Position numbers and translations under genes: made by a program. Under the pieces are notes generated by a model. The model was not told the origin of the DNA and made no database searches. It saw only the letters and a list, made by a program, of their open reading frames with translations. A stretch of 64,000 bases of DNA from Solirubrobacterales bacterium (GTDB taxonomy: Bacteria; Actinomycetota; Thermoleophilia; Solirubrobacterales; 70-9): contig DASULV010000008.1 in NCBI GenBank assembly GCA_036277955.1, positions 320 through 64,319 on the forward strand. Direction: 5' to 3'. Positions 27,213 through 37,749 of this stretch are shown here, in pieces. The stretch's first letter is position 1. Every line of letters begins with the position of its first letter.

Positions 27213-27646
27213 GCCGGCGGCGAGATCCAGTAGGCGGTGACGCCGAAGTGGGCGCTCAAACGCTCGAAGTGGCGGTCAAAATGAAGGATCTCGATTCCTG
27301 CCGCCTGAGCTGCTGCGGCGACAGACAGGTCGGTCAGCGGGAAGCGATGGGCTCCATGTGACCCGCTCGCCGCCAACTGTCGCATCACTGAGAAGACCGT
27401 TCGCTGCACGCTGCGGTCTACCGGGATCTCGCGTAGGCCTTCAAGAGAACGCTCCACCGCTGCGATGTCGTCCTGGCTCCGAGCGTCGACCATCAGCTCG
27501 TAACGCACCGGCCAACACCAGCAGACGTCTCCCCGCTCGATCGCCGCCAGCAGGAGCCGTCGCACACGCTCGTCGCGCCTCGCCTGCATCCAGGCGGAGG
27601 TATCCGCCAGCACGGGCCCGACCCCATCCCAGACTTCGAGCGCCAT
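27209..27646 (-). CDS. vapC: PIN-domain type II toxin (VapC)
   Basis: 145 aa with acidic PIN residues (LADTS, RYELM, LTDLSVAAAA, HFDRHF). Its start overlaps the antitoxin stop (TGATG). Confidence 0.8.
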   Translation of the reverse strand: MALEVWDGVGPVLADTSAWMQARRDERVRRLLLAAIERGDVCWCWPVRYELMVDARSQDDIAAVERSLEGLREIPVDRSVQRTVFSVMRQLAASGSHGAHRFPLTDLSVAAAAQAAGIEILHFDRHFERLSAHFGVTAYWISPPA

Positions 27647-27909
27647 CAGCTACCGGGCGGCGCGTTGAGGCGATCGATGGCCTCGAGATCGAGATCGAAA
27701 CCGCCTGCGTCCATCGCCGCAAATAGACCCTCGGCGGCCTCCCGCCGATCGCGTCCCGCCCTTAGCTCGGCCTCGGCGCCCTCGACGGCAAGGCGTCGCA
27801 GCAGAGTCGCGTCCGCCTCCCGCGTCCCCGTTGCGGCTCGGACCCGCGCGAGCGCCTCCCCCAGCTCCGGGTCGGCAACTACCGCGATGCGTCGGTGCTT
27901 GGATGGCAT
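27646..27909 (-). CDS. vapB: type II antitoxin (VapB-like)
   Basis: 87 aa, MPSKHRRIAVVADPELGEALARV, directly upstream of and coupled to the PIN gene. Start set to ATG 27909 rather than 28065. Confidence 0.65.
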   Translation of the reverse strand: MPSKHRRIAVVADPELGEALARVRAATGTREADATLLRRLAVEGAEAELRAGRDRREAAEGLFAAMDAGGFDLDLEAIDRLNAPPGS

Positions 27910-27916
27910 GAGTCTA

Positions 27917-27938
27917 GTGTAACTCTTTGGAGTTACAC
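27917..27938. promoter_or_regulatory. probable vapBC autoregulatory operator, GTGTAACTC-tttg-GAGTTACAC
   Basis: Perfect 9-bp inverted repeat 8 nt upstream of the vapB start codon, in the divergent region shared with the channel gene. Confidence 0.5.
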
Positions 27939-28024
27939 CTGCTTCAAGGGCCGGTAGAGCCGACGTCGAATCAGTCGCGGTGGAACGCGACGCCCGACTA
28001 GCCGAAGCCGAAAACGGTCCCACG

Positions 28025-28780
28025 ATGGACCCCCGCGCGATCAAGTGGCGGGAACGGCTGAACACGCCGATGCTGATCGCGGCGGCGCTGACCTTGCCGA
28101 CGGTGGCGATCTACGAGTCGAAACCGGGCGGGACGTTGGAGGACGTGGCGATCGTGCTCAACTGGGTGACCTGGATCGCCTTTCTGGTCGAGCTGGTGAT
28201 CATGCTCTGGGTGGTGCCGAACCGATGGGCTTGGATCCGGCGGCACCCGCTCGACGTGATCATCGTCGTGGTGACGCCGCCGGTACTGCCGGCGGGGCTG
28301 CAGAGTTTGCGGGTCCTGCGGCTGCTGCGCCTGTTGCGTCTGCTGCGGCTGGCCCAGCTCTCGCGCGAGGTCTTCTCGCTCGAGGGGCTGCGCTACTCGC
28401 TGCTGCTGACCGTGCTGACGATCATCGGCGGCGGCAGCGTCTTCGTCGCCTTCGAGCACCAGCAGAACCTCAACACCTGGGACGGGATCTACTGGGCGGC
28501 GACGACGATGACGACGCTCGGCTCGAACATCTACCCCGAAACGACCGGCGGCGAGGTCGTCACCGTGATCGTCCTGATCATCGGGATCGGCTTCGTCGCC
28601 CTCCTCACCGGCGCCTTCGCCCAACGTTTCCTCGCCCCCGAAATCGCCGAGATCGAGGAAGAGCTGGAAGAAGAGAAACTCAGCGCCGAGGCGCTGGCCC
28701 TGCGCGAACTCCATAGCGTCCAGGAACAGCTGCAGGCGCTCTCGCTAGCAATCGAGCGGATGGCCAGGCGGGAGCACTGA
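28025..28780 (+). CDS. voltage-sensor-containing ion transport protein with non-canonical pore filter
   Basis: S4-like LRVLRLLRLLRLLRLAQL, pore region WAATTMTTLGSNIYPE, and a C-terminal coiled coil. Start set to ATG 28025. Confidence 0.75.
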   Translation: MDPRAIKWRERLNTPMLIAAALTLPTVAIYESKPGGTLEDVAIVLNWVTWIAFLVELVIMLWVVPNRWAWIRRHPLDVIIVVVTPPVLPAGLQSLRVLRLLRLLRLLRLAQLSREVFSLEGLRYSLLLTVLTIIGGGSVFVAFEHQQNLNTWDGIYWAATTMTTLGSNIYPETTGGEVVTVIVLIIGIGFVALLTGAFAQRFLAPEIAEIEEELEEEKLSAEALALRELHSVQEQLQALSLAIERMARREH

Positions 28781-28785
28781 GCCTG

Positions 28786-28900
28786 TTGCAAATCTCCAGC
28801 TAATTTTTTTGCAAATTTCCATCTGATTTTGTTGCAAAACTCCAGCTGATATCCTTGCAAAGTTCCAGATAAGTTCTTTGCAAAACTCCAGCTGCATTCG
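28786..28900. repeat. tandem direct repeat array, 5 x 23 bp (consensus TTGCAAAnyTCCAGCTgAtttyn)
   Basis: Units start at 28786, 28809, 28832, 28855 and 28878, an exact 23-nt period. Hand count gives 43/115 G+C. The array fills the gap between the channel stop (28780) and the ATPase ATG (28914). Confidence 0.9.
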
Positions 28901-28913
28901 CTTGGATATTCCC

Positions 28914-30151
28914 ATGCCTTACATCCCCAGGGTCGCTGACGGAGAGCTCCAGACTCATCTTGCCTCTACCGGGGCGGTCCTCTTGGAGGGCCCGAAAGCC
29001 TGCGGAAAGACGGAGACGGCGAGGCAGCTTGCCTCGAGCGAGGTCTTGCTGGACGTCGACCTCGAAGCCCAGGAGGCAGTCAAGCTCGATCCAGGGCTGG
29101 TCCTCGCCGGTGACACTCCGCGGCTGATCGACGAGTGGCAGCTTGCGCCGGAGATCTGGAACTACGTGCGCCGGGCAGTCGATGAGCGGGTTGACCCGGG
29201 TCAGTTCATCCTTGCCGGCTCTGCCCACCCCACCGATGAGGAGACCCGGCATACCGGGGCGGGACGGATCAGCCGCCTCCGCATGCGCCCGATGTCGCTG
29301 TTCGAGCTCGGCGCCAGCACGGGCGAGATTTCGCTCTCGGCGTTGCTGACCGGGGAGCCGGCCTCAGCACCTGAACCAGGGACGGACCTGGAAAGCCTCG
29401 CGTCCCTGATCTGCCGGGGGGGCTGGCCTGCTTTTCGAAATCTGGAGGACGCTCAGGTGCTACGGCGGGTTCGCGGCTATCTGGGGGAGGTTCCCCGGGA
29501 CACCGAGCGGCTTGCCGGCAACCGGCCGGAGCGAGTGACGAGGCTGCTGGAAAGCCTTGCCCGCAACGCCTCCACGATGGTCACCGCGAGCACCTTGGCC
29601 TCTGATGCCAGTCGTCCCGAGGATCCCGTCTCCGAGGATGCCGTCGCCACCTACATCAGCTCGCTCAGCCGCCTATTCGTCATTGAGGATCAGCCCGCCT
29701 GGCAACCGCACCTGCGCTCCCGCTATCGACTCCGCCGCACCCCGAAGCGGCATTTCGTCGACCCCTCCCTCGCCGCCGCCGCACTGCGCGCCGATCCCTC
29801 CGCCTTGATCCGAGACCTCAACTTCATGGGGTTCCTTTTCGAGTCCCTGGTCGTCAGAGACCTCCGCGTGTACGCGCAACCCCTGGACGCGGAGGTACAG
29901 CACTACCGGGACAGCGGCGGTCTGGAGGTAGACGCGGTCGTCACGGCAGGCGATGCCTGGGGCGCCTTCGAGATCAAGCTGGGCGGCAAGGAGGCCATCG
30001 ATGAGGCGGCAGTTGCTCTGCGGAAGTTCGCCGATCGCGTCGACACCTCCCGTACCGGCCCACCGGCCGTACTCGGTGTAATCGCCGGCAACGGCTACGG
30101 GTACATGCGCGAGGACGACGTCCAGGTCATCCCAATCGGCTGCCTGGGACC

Positions 30152-30155
<4 letters not shown>
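28914..30155 (+). CDS. AAA-family ATPase with C-terminal DUF4143 (PD-(D/E)xK-like) domain
   Basis: Walker A GPKACGKT, Walker B RLIDEWQ, C-terminal GLEVDAVV...GAFEIKLGG. Start set to ATG 28914 (MPYIPRV); the track start 28878 is a TTG inside repeat 5. Confidence 0.8.
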
Positions 30156-32125
<1,970 letters not shown>

Positions 32126-32146
32126 GGGGGAAAAGTACCTGAGGAA

Positions 32147-33385
32147 TTAGTAACCGGCGGGATGACGCGCTACGAAGCCTTCCGGCGAGTCGACCCAGGG
32201 GTCGTGCCAGCGCGGGCCGGGGCCGCCGACGGTGTCGAAGGCGATGCCCGCGACGACCATCCAGGCGTGGCCGGAGTTGGCGTAGACGGTGATCCACTGG
32301 CCGGGGCCGGCTTCGCCCCAGGTCTCGAGGCCGGTCGAGTCGAGCGGGCTTTCGAGGAAGCCGCCGCCGTGGAGGGCGTAGGAGACCGCGCCCGAGCAGT
32401 CGTAGCCGGAGGATTCGAAGGAGCCGTGGCCGCCGCCCCAGATGTACGGGGTGGTGGCGATCGCGTTGCCGGCGGCGATCACTTCCTGGACCGCCTGCGG
32501 CGCCGAGGCCGGGGCGCTCGCTTCGCTTTCGCTCAAGACCTGCGCTTCCTGGCCGGGATTGAGCGGCGCCGGCATCAGGCCGGTGGTCGCGTCGCCGCCT
32601 TCGGCCGCGACCTGTTCGGAGATCGAGGCGAGGTTGGTGCTGAGCGCGCCTTCGCGCGATTCCAGCGCTTCCAGGTCTTCCTGTCGCTGCGCCTGCGCCG
32701 CCTTCAGTTCGAGCCAGCCGGCCTTCGCTTCCTTGCGGGCGGCGTTGACCGCGCGCTCCTTGGCGGCGATCGCGTCGCGCACTTCTTCGATCTCGGTCCG
32801 CTGCTCGTCGAGCTTTTCAACCGCCGAGCGGACTTCGTCGCGCAGCGACTTGACGCGGTCGACGACGGCGTCGTCGTAGTCCTGGATCTGGCGCACGTAT
32901 TCGGTCTGCGCCGCCATCTCCGACCAGTCTTCGGATTCGAGGATCGCGTTCAGCATGTCCGGCGAGCCCGCCTCGTAGATCGCGACAACGCGGCCGCTGA
33001 GGACGCCGATCGCCTGCTTCAGCTTCACCCGCACCCGTTGGAGGTGCTCTTCTTCGGCTTCCAGCGCGGCGGTGGCACGGTCTAGCTGCGCCTGCTTTTC
33101 GGCCAGTTCGGCCTCGATCGCTTCCTGTTCCTGGCGCAGCCGTGAGACTTCGCCCAGCTTCGCGTCGATCGCCTGGTTCTGTTCGGCGATCGTTTCCGCC
33201 AGCGCGCTCGACTGTTCCCGCACCCCCTCGAGCTTGTCCCGCGTCGCTTCCAGCTTTTCCTGCGGCGTCTCCGCCGGCGCGCTCCCAGCCCAGGAGCCCG
33301 CCAGCAGGCAGAGCCCTGCGAGGAGCAGCGCGGCGAATAGCAGGGCGCGACGCCTGGTCGCGCTCGTAGAGGGGCTGAACAGCAC
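32147..33385 (-). CDS. secreted coiled-coil NlpC/P60 (C40) peptidoglycan endopeptidase, RipA-like
   Basis: Signal peptide, a long heptad-rich region, and a C-terminal YIWGGGH...GYDCSGAVSYAL catalytic-Cys motif. Confidence 0.85.
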   Translation of the reverse strand: MLFSPSTSATRRRALLFAALLLAGLCLLAGSWAGSAPAETPQEKLEATRDKLEGVREQSSALAETIAEQNQAIDAKLGEVSRLRQEQEAIEAELAEKQAQLDRATAALEAEEEHLQRVRVKLKQAIGVLSGRVVAIYEAGSPDMLNAILESEDWSEMAAQTEYVRQIQDYDDAVVDRVKSLRDEVRSAVEKLDEQRTEIEEVRDAIAAKERAVNAARKEAKAGWLELKAAQAQRQEDLEALESREGALSTNLASISEQVAAEGGDATTGLMPAPLNPGQEAQVLSESEASAPASAPQAVQEVIAAGNAIATTPYIWGGGHGSFESSGYDCSGAVSYALHGGGFLESPLDSTGLETWGEAGPGQWITVYANSGHAWMVVAGIAFDTVGGPGPRWHDPWVDSPEGFVARHPAGY

Positions 33386-33418
33386 GGCGGCGCAGGCTAG
33401 CGAAGCGCCTGCGCCGCC
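33386..33418 (-). terminator. GC-rich hairpin (12-bp stem) between the SHOCT gene and the NlpC/P60 gene
   Basis: GGCGGCGCAGGC (33386-97) pairs with GCCTGCGCCGCC (33407-18). It lies 50 nt downstream of the 33469 stop and directly abuts GTG 33385. There is no U-tract. Confidence 0.3.
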
Positions 33419-33468
33419 TTAGAGGTGGTCGATAATCCGCAAGTTTCCTTGCAGATGCAGGACTTTTC

Positions 33469-33861
33469 CTAGGCGAGTAGTTTCGCCTTCGCCTTGTCGA
33501 ACTCCTCCGGCGAGAGGGCGCCTTTGTCTTTGAGCTCGGCGAGCTTGTGCAGTTCCTCCGCGGGCGAGGTCGAGGCGGCCTGCTCGCGGACGTATTCGTC
33601 GAAATGCTTTTTCGCGTCGGCCTGGGCTTTGATCGTGCGGTCGCGCATCCCCTCTCCGCGGGCGATCAGGTAGATCAGCGCGGTTAGGAAGGGGATGAAG
33701 ACGAGGAAGAGAACCCATGCCGCCTTCGCCCATCCCGAGAGCTCGTGGTCGCGGAAGAGGTCACTGAGGATGGTGATCAGGATCCAGATCCAGATCACGA
33801 AGAAGAAGATCTCCAGCGCTACGAGGAGAATTTCCCCGAAGCTGATGTCGGCGAGCGGCAT
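33469..33861 (-). CDS. PLD-nuclease-N-terminal (PLDc_N) membrane domain plus SHOCT domain protein
   Basis: Two TM segments with WILITILSDLFRD...KAAWVLFLVFIPFLTALIYLI, and a C-terminal LAELKDKGALSPEEFDKAKAKLL SHOCT motif. Confidence 0.8.
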   Translation of the reverse strand: MPLADISFGEILLVALEIFFFVIWIWILITILSDLFRDHELSGWAKAAWVLFLVFIPFLTALIYLIARGEGMRDRTIKAQADAKKHFDEYVREQAASTSPAEELHKLAELKDKGALSPEEFDKAKAKLLA

Positions 33862-33951
33862 TGCGCTCCTTTCAGTTGAGGACTGGGGTACGCGAAGGTT
33901 TCACGCTAAAGAGACCCTATGTAATTCCGGAAGCTAAGCGGCTCTCCTGCC

Positions 33952-34707
33952 TCAAGCATCCGCAGTCAACCTCATGAAAAAGAGGACGATCGCCACCGAG
34001 GTCGCCAGGTTGAGGCTGGAGACCCCCTCGCGCATCGGGATCGCGACCCTCCCCTCGGCCCGCTCGAAGACCTCGCCGCTGAGGCCGTGGCGCTCGGTGC
34101 CGAAGGCGAGGATCGCCCGCGGCGGCACCAGCCCCGGCGCCAGCTCCTCCCCCTCGGGATCGATCGCCAGCAGCGGGCGGTCGCTCGGCGGCAGCGCCCC
34201 GACCTTGGCGACCGGGAGCGCGAACTGCAGGCCGGCGGCACCGCGGACCGCGTCGGGGTGCCAGGGGTCGTTCTCGCCGCGGGCGATCACGGCCGCGGCG
34301 CCGGCGGCCGCCGAGACCCGGATGCAGGCGCCGATGTTGCCCATGTTGCGCGGGTCCTCGAGCAGGACGACCGGGGCCGGGGCGGGGTCGGCGAGCGCGG
34401 CGGCGAGGTCGACCCGCGGCCGCCGGGCGATCGCGGCGACGCCGGTGTGCGGGACCAGCGGCACCAGGTCGGCCAGCGTCTCCTTGTCGACCGGCTCGAC
34501 CCGCCCGCTCAGCTGCCCCGCCAGGTCGGGCGCCAGGTCCGCCGCCATCGCGTCGAGCGAGGCCGGATCGGTCGCCACCGCCTCGACCAGCTCGGCACCG
34601 AAGCGCAGCGCGTGCTTGAGCGCGTGGAAGCCCTCGACGACGGTCAGCTCGGGATCGCGACGGGCGGTGCGGAAGCGCACCGCGCGCTCGTGCTCTTCGC
34701 GGCCCAT
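33952..34707 (-). CDS. TrmH/SpoU family RNA 2-prime-O-methyltransferase
   Basis: NMGNIGACIR, AFGTERHGLS and IPMREGVSSLNLATSVAIVLF motifs. Confidence 0.85.
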   Translation of the reverse strand: MGREEHERAVRFRTARRDPELTVVEGFHALKHALRFGAELVEAVATDPASLDAMAADLAPDLAGQLSGRVEPVDKETLADLVPLVPHTGVAAIARRPRVDLAAALADPAPAPVVLLEDPRNMGNIGACIRVSAAAGAAAVIARGENDPWHPDAVRGAAGLQFALPVAKVGALPPSDRPLLAIDPEGEELAPGLVPPRAILAFGTERHGLSGEVFERAEGRVAIPMREGVSSLNLATSVAIVLFFMRLTADA

Positions 34708-34734
34708 CGCCGCATCATTACGACCCGGCGAGGA

Positions 34735-36129
34735 TCAGGCGGGTGCGCCGGCCTGCGCCAACTGGTCGCGGCCCCCGGCCTTGGCCAGGTAGAGCGCCGC
34801 GTCGGCGCGGCCGAGCAGGTCGTCGACGCCCTCGGTGAAGTCCCAGTGGGCGAGGCCGGCGGAGCAGGTCTGCTCCATCGGCGTCCGCTCCCGCAGCCGC
34901 TCGATCACCTCCGCGGCCTCCTCGGGAGCGGTGTCCGGCAGCAGCACCAGGAACTCCTCGCCGCCGAAGCGGACGATCGTGTCTTCGCCGCGCAGCGCCC
35001 CGTCCCAGGCGCGGGCACACTCGCGCAGGACCTCGTCGCCGGCGAGATGGCCGTGGGTGTCGTTGTAGGACTTGAAGTGGTCGATGTCGATGATCGCGAC
35101 GCAGAGGGGCGAGCGGGTGCGGCGGGCGCGAGCCATCTCCCGTGGCAGCTGCTCCTCGAGGGCGCGGCGGTTGGGAAGCCCGGTGAGCGAGTCGTGGGTG
35201 GCCATGTCCCGCACCTTGCCGAGCAGCTCCTCGCGTTCGCCCTCGATCCGCTTCAGCTCGGTGACGTCGGTCGCCCGCGCGTAGATCAGCGACTCGTCCG
35301 GCGAGAGCTGCGAGCTCCAGCGCAGCCAGTGCCAGGTGCCGTCCTTGGCCAGGTAACGGTTTTCGAAGCTCGTGGTTTCGTCGCCTTCGAACAACGCCGC
35401 GGCCTCAGCTTCGGTGCGCTCGCGGTCGTCGATGTGGACGCGCTCGACGAACGGAATCGAACGCAGTTCCTCGATGCTGTAGCCGAGCTGCCGGGTCCAA
35501 GAGTCGTTCATCTCGACGAAGTAGCCGTCCATGTTGGCGGTGCAGAGCATGTCGCGGGAGAGCTCGAAGAAGCGGCGGGCGCGCTCGTCGGCGCGGGTGC
35601 GGCGGGCGACGATCTCCGTCGTCAGCACCATCACCACGCCGAGCGAGACGAGCGAGAACAGCCAGCGGGTGAGCGGCGAGTAGCCGACGGTGCTGGGCAC
35701 CGAGAGCAGGGCGACGCCGTAGACGAGGAGCAGCCAGGAGAGGTGGGCGATGGCGACCCGGCGCGGGAAGAAGTAGGAGGCGATCAGGGTCGACCAGACG
35801 AAGATCGTCCCGTACTGGCCCGCGGCGACGCCGCTCTCGTAGATCAGCAGGCCGGTGAGGGCGACGGTGACCGCGAGGATCCCGTGCACCGCCCCCTTCG
35901 GGATGCGGGCGACGAAGAGCGAACAGAGGACGCCGGCGAAGGCCATCGCCGCGGCGATTGTCACCAGCGCGTTCTGATTGCCGCCGCTCGGGTGCGGCAG
36001 GACCAGCGAGAGGGCGACGAGGCCGGCACTAGCAGTCAGCAGCGCGGCGGCGGCCCGGACCTCCGAGTGCCCTCCCTCGGAGAGACGTACCCGATTTTGC
36101 GTAGCCTCCATGCCTGGGGGCATCGGCAA
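34735..36129 (-). CDS. membrane-anchored PAS-GGDEF diguanylate cyclase
   Basis: N-terminal multi-TM region, a PAS segment, and an RFGGEEFLVLL active site with an upstream RxxD-like region. Confidence 0.85.
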   Translation of the reverse strand: MPMPPGMEATQNRVRLSEGGHSEVRAAAALLTASAGLVALSLVLPHPSGGNQNALVTIAAAMAFAGVLCSLFVARIPKGAVHGILAVTVALTGLLIYESGVAAGQYGTIFVWSTLIASYFFPRRVAIAHLSWLLLVYGVALLSVPSTVGYSPLTRWLFSLVSLGVVMVLTTEIVARRTRADERARRFFELSRDMLCTANMDGYFVEMNDSWTRQLGYSIEELRSIPFVERVHIDDRERTEAEAAALFEGDETTSFENRYLAKDGTWHWLRWSSQLSPDESLIYARATDVTELKRIEGEREELLGKVRDMATHDSLTGLPNRRALEEQLPREMARARRTRSPLCVAIIDIDHFKSYNDTHGHLAGDEVLRECARAWDGALRGEDTIVRFGGEEFLVLLPDTAPEEAAEVIERLRERTPMEQTCSAGLAHWDFTEGVDDLLGRADAALYLAKAGGRDQLAQAGAPA

Positions 36130-36144
36130 ACGCGAGTGTTTCCT

Positions 36145-37740
36145 TTAGTCCCGAACCACCTGGAACTGGCTCATCAGGCCGTGATCCTCGTGGTCGAGCA
36201 TGTGGCAGTGGACGACGAACTTCCCGGTGTAATCGGAGAAATGACCGGCAAGGAGAATTTTTTCATTGGGGAAGAGAAAAAAAGTCTCCTTGAGACAGTC
36301 TTCCCAGGGCGGGGGCTGGCGACCGTTGCGCTCGAGCAGGTACCAGTCGGTGTGGTGGAGGTGCATGACGTGGGCGACGTTGGTCTTGTTGACGAACTCC
36401 CAGGTCTGGGTGCTGCCGAGGCGCGGCTTCGCCTCCACGTAGGCAGGGTTGAAGGTGCGGCCGTTGAGCCTCCAGGTGGTCTTGAAGAAGCCGCCGATCG
36501 TGATCGCCCAGCGGTGGTCGGGCTCGCGCTTCGCCTTCCGCGTCCACTCCGGCAGCGGGCGCAGGTGACGGGGGACGGGGGCCCGGTCGGCAACAGGGTC
36601 GGTGCCGACCCGGAACTGCATCAGGGCGCCGCCGTAGGTGCGGGCACCGGCCGGGATGCGATCCGCGTGCCGCCTGCTGCTGCGCAGCTCCACCCGCTCC
36701 CCCCGGTGGCCGGCGAAGTCGACGATCACCTCGACCCGTTCGGCCGGGCCGAGGAGGATTTCGCGGCGGCGGATCGGCTTCGGCATCAGCCCGCTCTCGG
36801 TCGCGATCTGGACCATCTGCGCGCCGTTGGAGAGGTGGAGGTTGTAACTGCGGAAGGAGGAGACGTTGAGGATCCGCAGCCGGTAGCGGCACGGTCTGAC
36901 CCCGTGGTGCGGCATGTAGGCGCCGTTGACGAGGACGCTCTCGCCGAGGATCCCGTCGTTCGGCGGGCGGCGGTTGGTGAAGGGATCGGTGAGCTGGTTC
37001 TCGCGGTCGAAGCTGCGGTCGGCGATCATCAGCGGCAGGTCGCGACCGTCGCGGGGCAGCGGCAGCGATTCGTCGAACTCGTCGTCGACGATCCACATCC
37101 CGGCCAGGCCCTTCCAGCTGTGCGGTGCGGTGCGGTCAAGGCGATGGTCGTGGTACCACTGGAAGGAGGCGCGTTCGGGACGCCCGTCCTCCATCAGGTC
37201 GTAGACGTACGTTTTGCGCCCGCCGGGCTCGAGCAGGAACTCGTTGCCGGAGGCGCGGGCCGAGAGGCCGCGGGGGATCTGGCAGTAGTAGGAGGTCGGC
37301 TGGCGCTCCGTGAGACCACCGGGATAGCCGTCGAACTGGGTGCGGTTGTGGCCGCCGTGGAGATGAACCGAGAGCTCCCCCACCTTCTCCGGCAGTTCGT
37401 GGTGGAAGGTGACGCGGGTGCGGCGGCCGGCGCGGCGGCGGATCGTCGGGCCCGGGAAGCTGCCGCCGAAGGTCCAGAGACGGGTCTTGCGGCCGGGGAG
37501 GATCTGCTGCTCGGCCTCGCGGATCGGGATCTGGATGTGGTCGCCGTCGAGGACCGGCGGGATCGGCAGCGGCTCCCGGAACGGGACCGCGCCGAGCGCC
37601 AGGGGCGGCTCGGTGGAAACCGGCAGCAGCCCGCCGTCCCTGCCCCTCAGGGGCAGGAGGACGGCGAGGGCGCCGCCGCCGAGGGCGCCGAGGAAAGCTC
37701 GGCGCCCAAGGCGGTGCGGGGCTGAGGACTGTCCAGCCGT
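36145..37740 (-). CDS. multicopper oxidase (three-domain, CotA/bilirubin-oxidase-like) with TAT signal; start codon unresolved
   Basis: Copper motifs HLHGGH, WYHDH, HVMHLHH and HCHMLDHEDHGLM. The frame is open up to the TAG at 37750-52 and encodes HRLGRRAFLGALGGGALAV, but contains no ATG/GTG/TTG upstream of GTG 37383. End coordinate 37740 corresponds to an ACG codon and is nominal. Confidence 0.8.
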   Translation of the reverse strand, partial: TAGQSSAPHRLGRRAFLGALGGGALAVLLPLRGRDGGLLPVSTEPPLALGAVPFREPLPIPPVLDGDHIQIPIREAEQQILPGRKTRLWTFGGSFPGPTIRRRAGRRTRVTFHHELPEKVGELSVHLHGGHNRTQFDGYPGGLTERQPTSYYCQIPRGLSARASGNEFLLEPGGRKTYVYDLMEDGRPERASFQWYHDHRLDRTAPHSWKGLAGMWIVDDEFDESLPLPRDGRDLPLMIADRSFDRENQLTDPFTNRRPPNDGILGESVLVNGAYMPHHGVRPCRYRLRILNVSSFRSYNLHLSNGAQMVQIATESGLMPKPIRRREILLGPAERVEVIVDFAGHRGERVELRSSRRHADRIPAGARTYGGALMQFRVGTDPVADRAPVPRHLRPLPEWTRKAKREPDHRWAITIGGFFKTTWRLNGRTFNPAYVEAKPRLGSTQTWEFVNKTNVAHVMHLHHTDWYLLERNGRQPPPWEDCLKETFFLFPNEKILLAGHFSDYTGKFVVHCHMLDHEDHGLMSQFQVVRD

Positions 37741-37749
37741 CGCCGGGAC

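Noticed and set aside
28786-28900. The 23-bp repeat array as a CRISPR array
   Set aside because: The period equals the repeat length, so there are no spacers. The units are degenerate at their 3-prime ends, and no cas genes or leader are present.
33386-33468. c-di-AMP (ydaO-type) riboswitch upstream of the NlpC/P60 hydrolase, as seen for some actinobacterial cell-wall hydrolases
   Set aside because: The whole upstream gap is only 83 nt and contains one simple hairpin. That is too short and lacks the pseudo-two-fold architecture. It cannot be supported without a covariance-model search.
34087-37725. 1212-aa plus-strand ORF, the longest in the window
   Set aside because: It is Arg/Gly/Asp/Ala-rich low-information sequence. 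It runs antisense to three well-supported minus-strand genes (TrmH, diguanylate cyclase, multicopper oxidase). This is the typical stop-codon-poor artefact of high-GC DNA.
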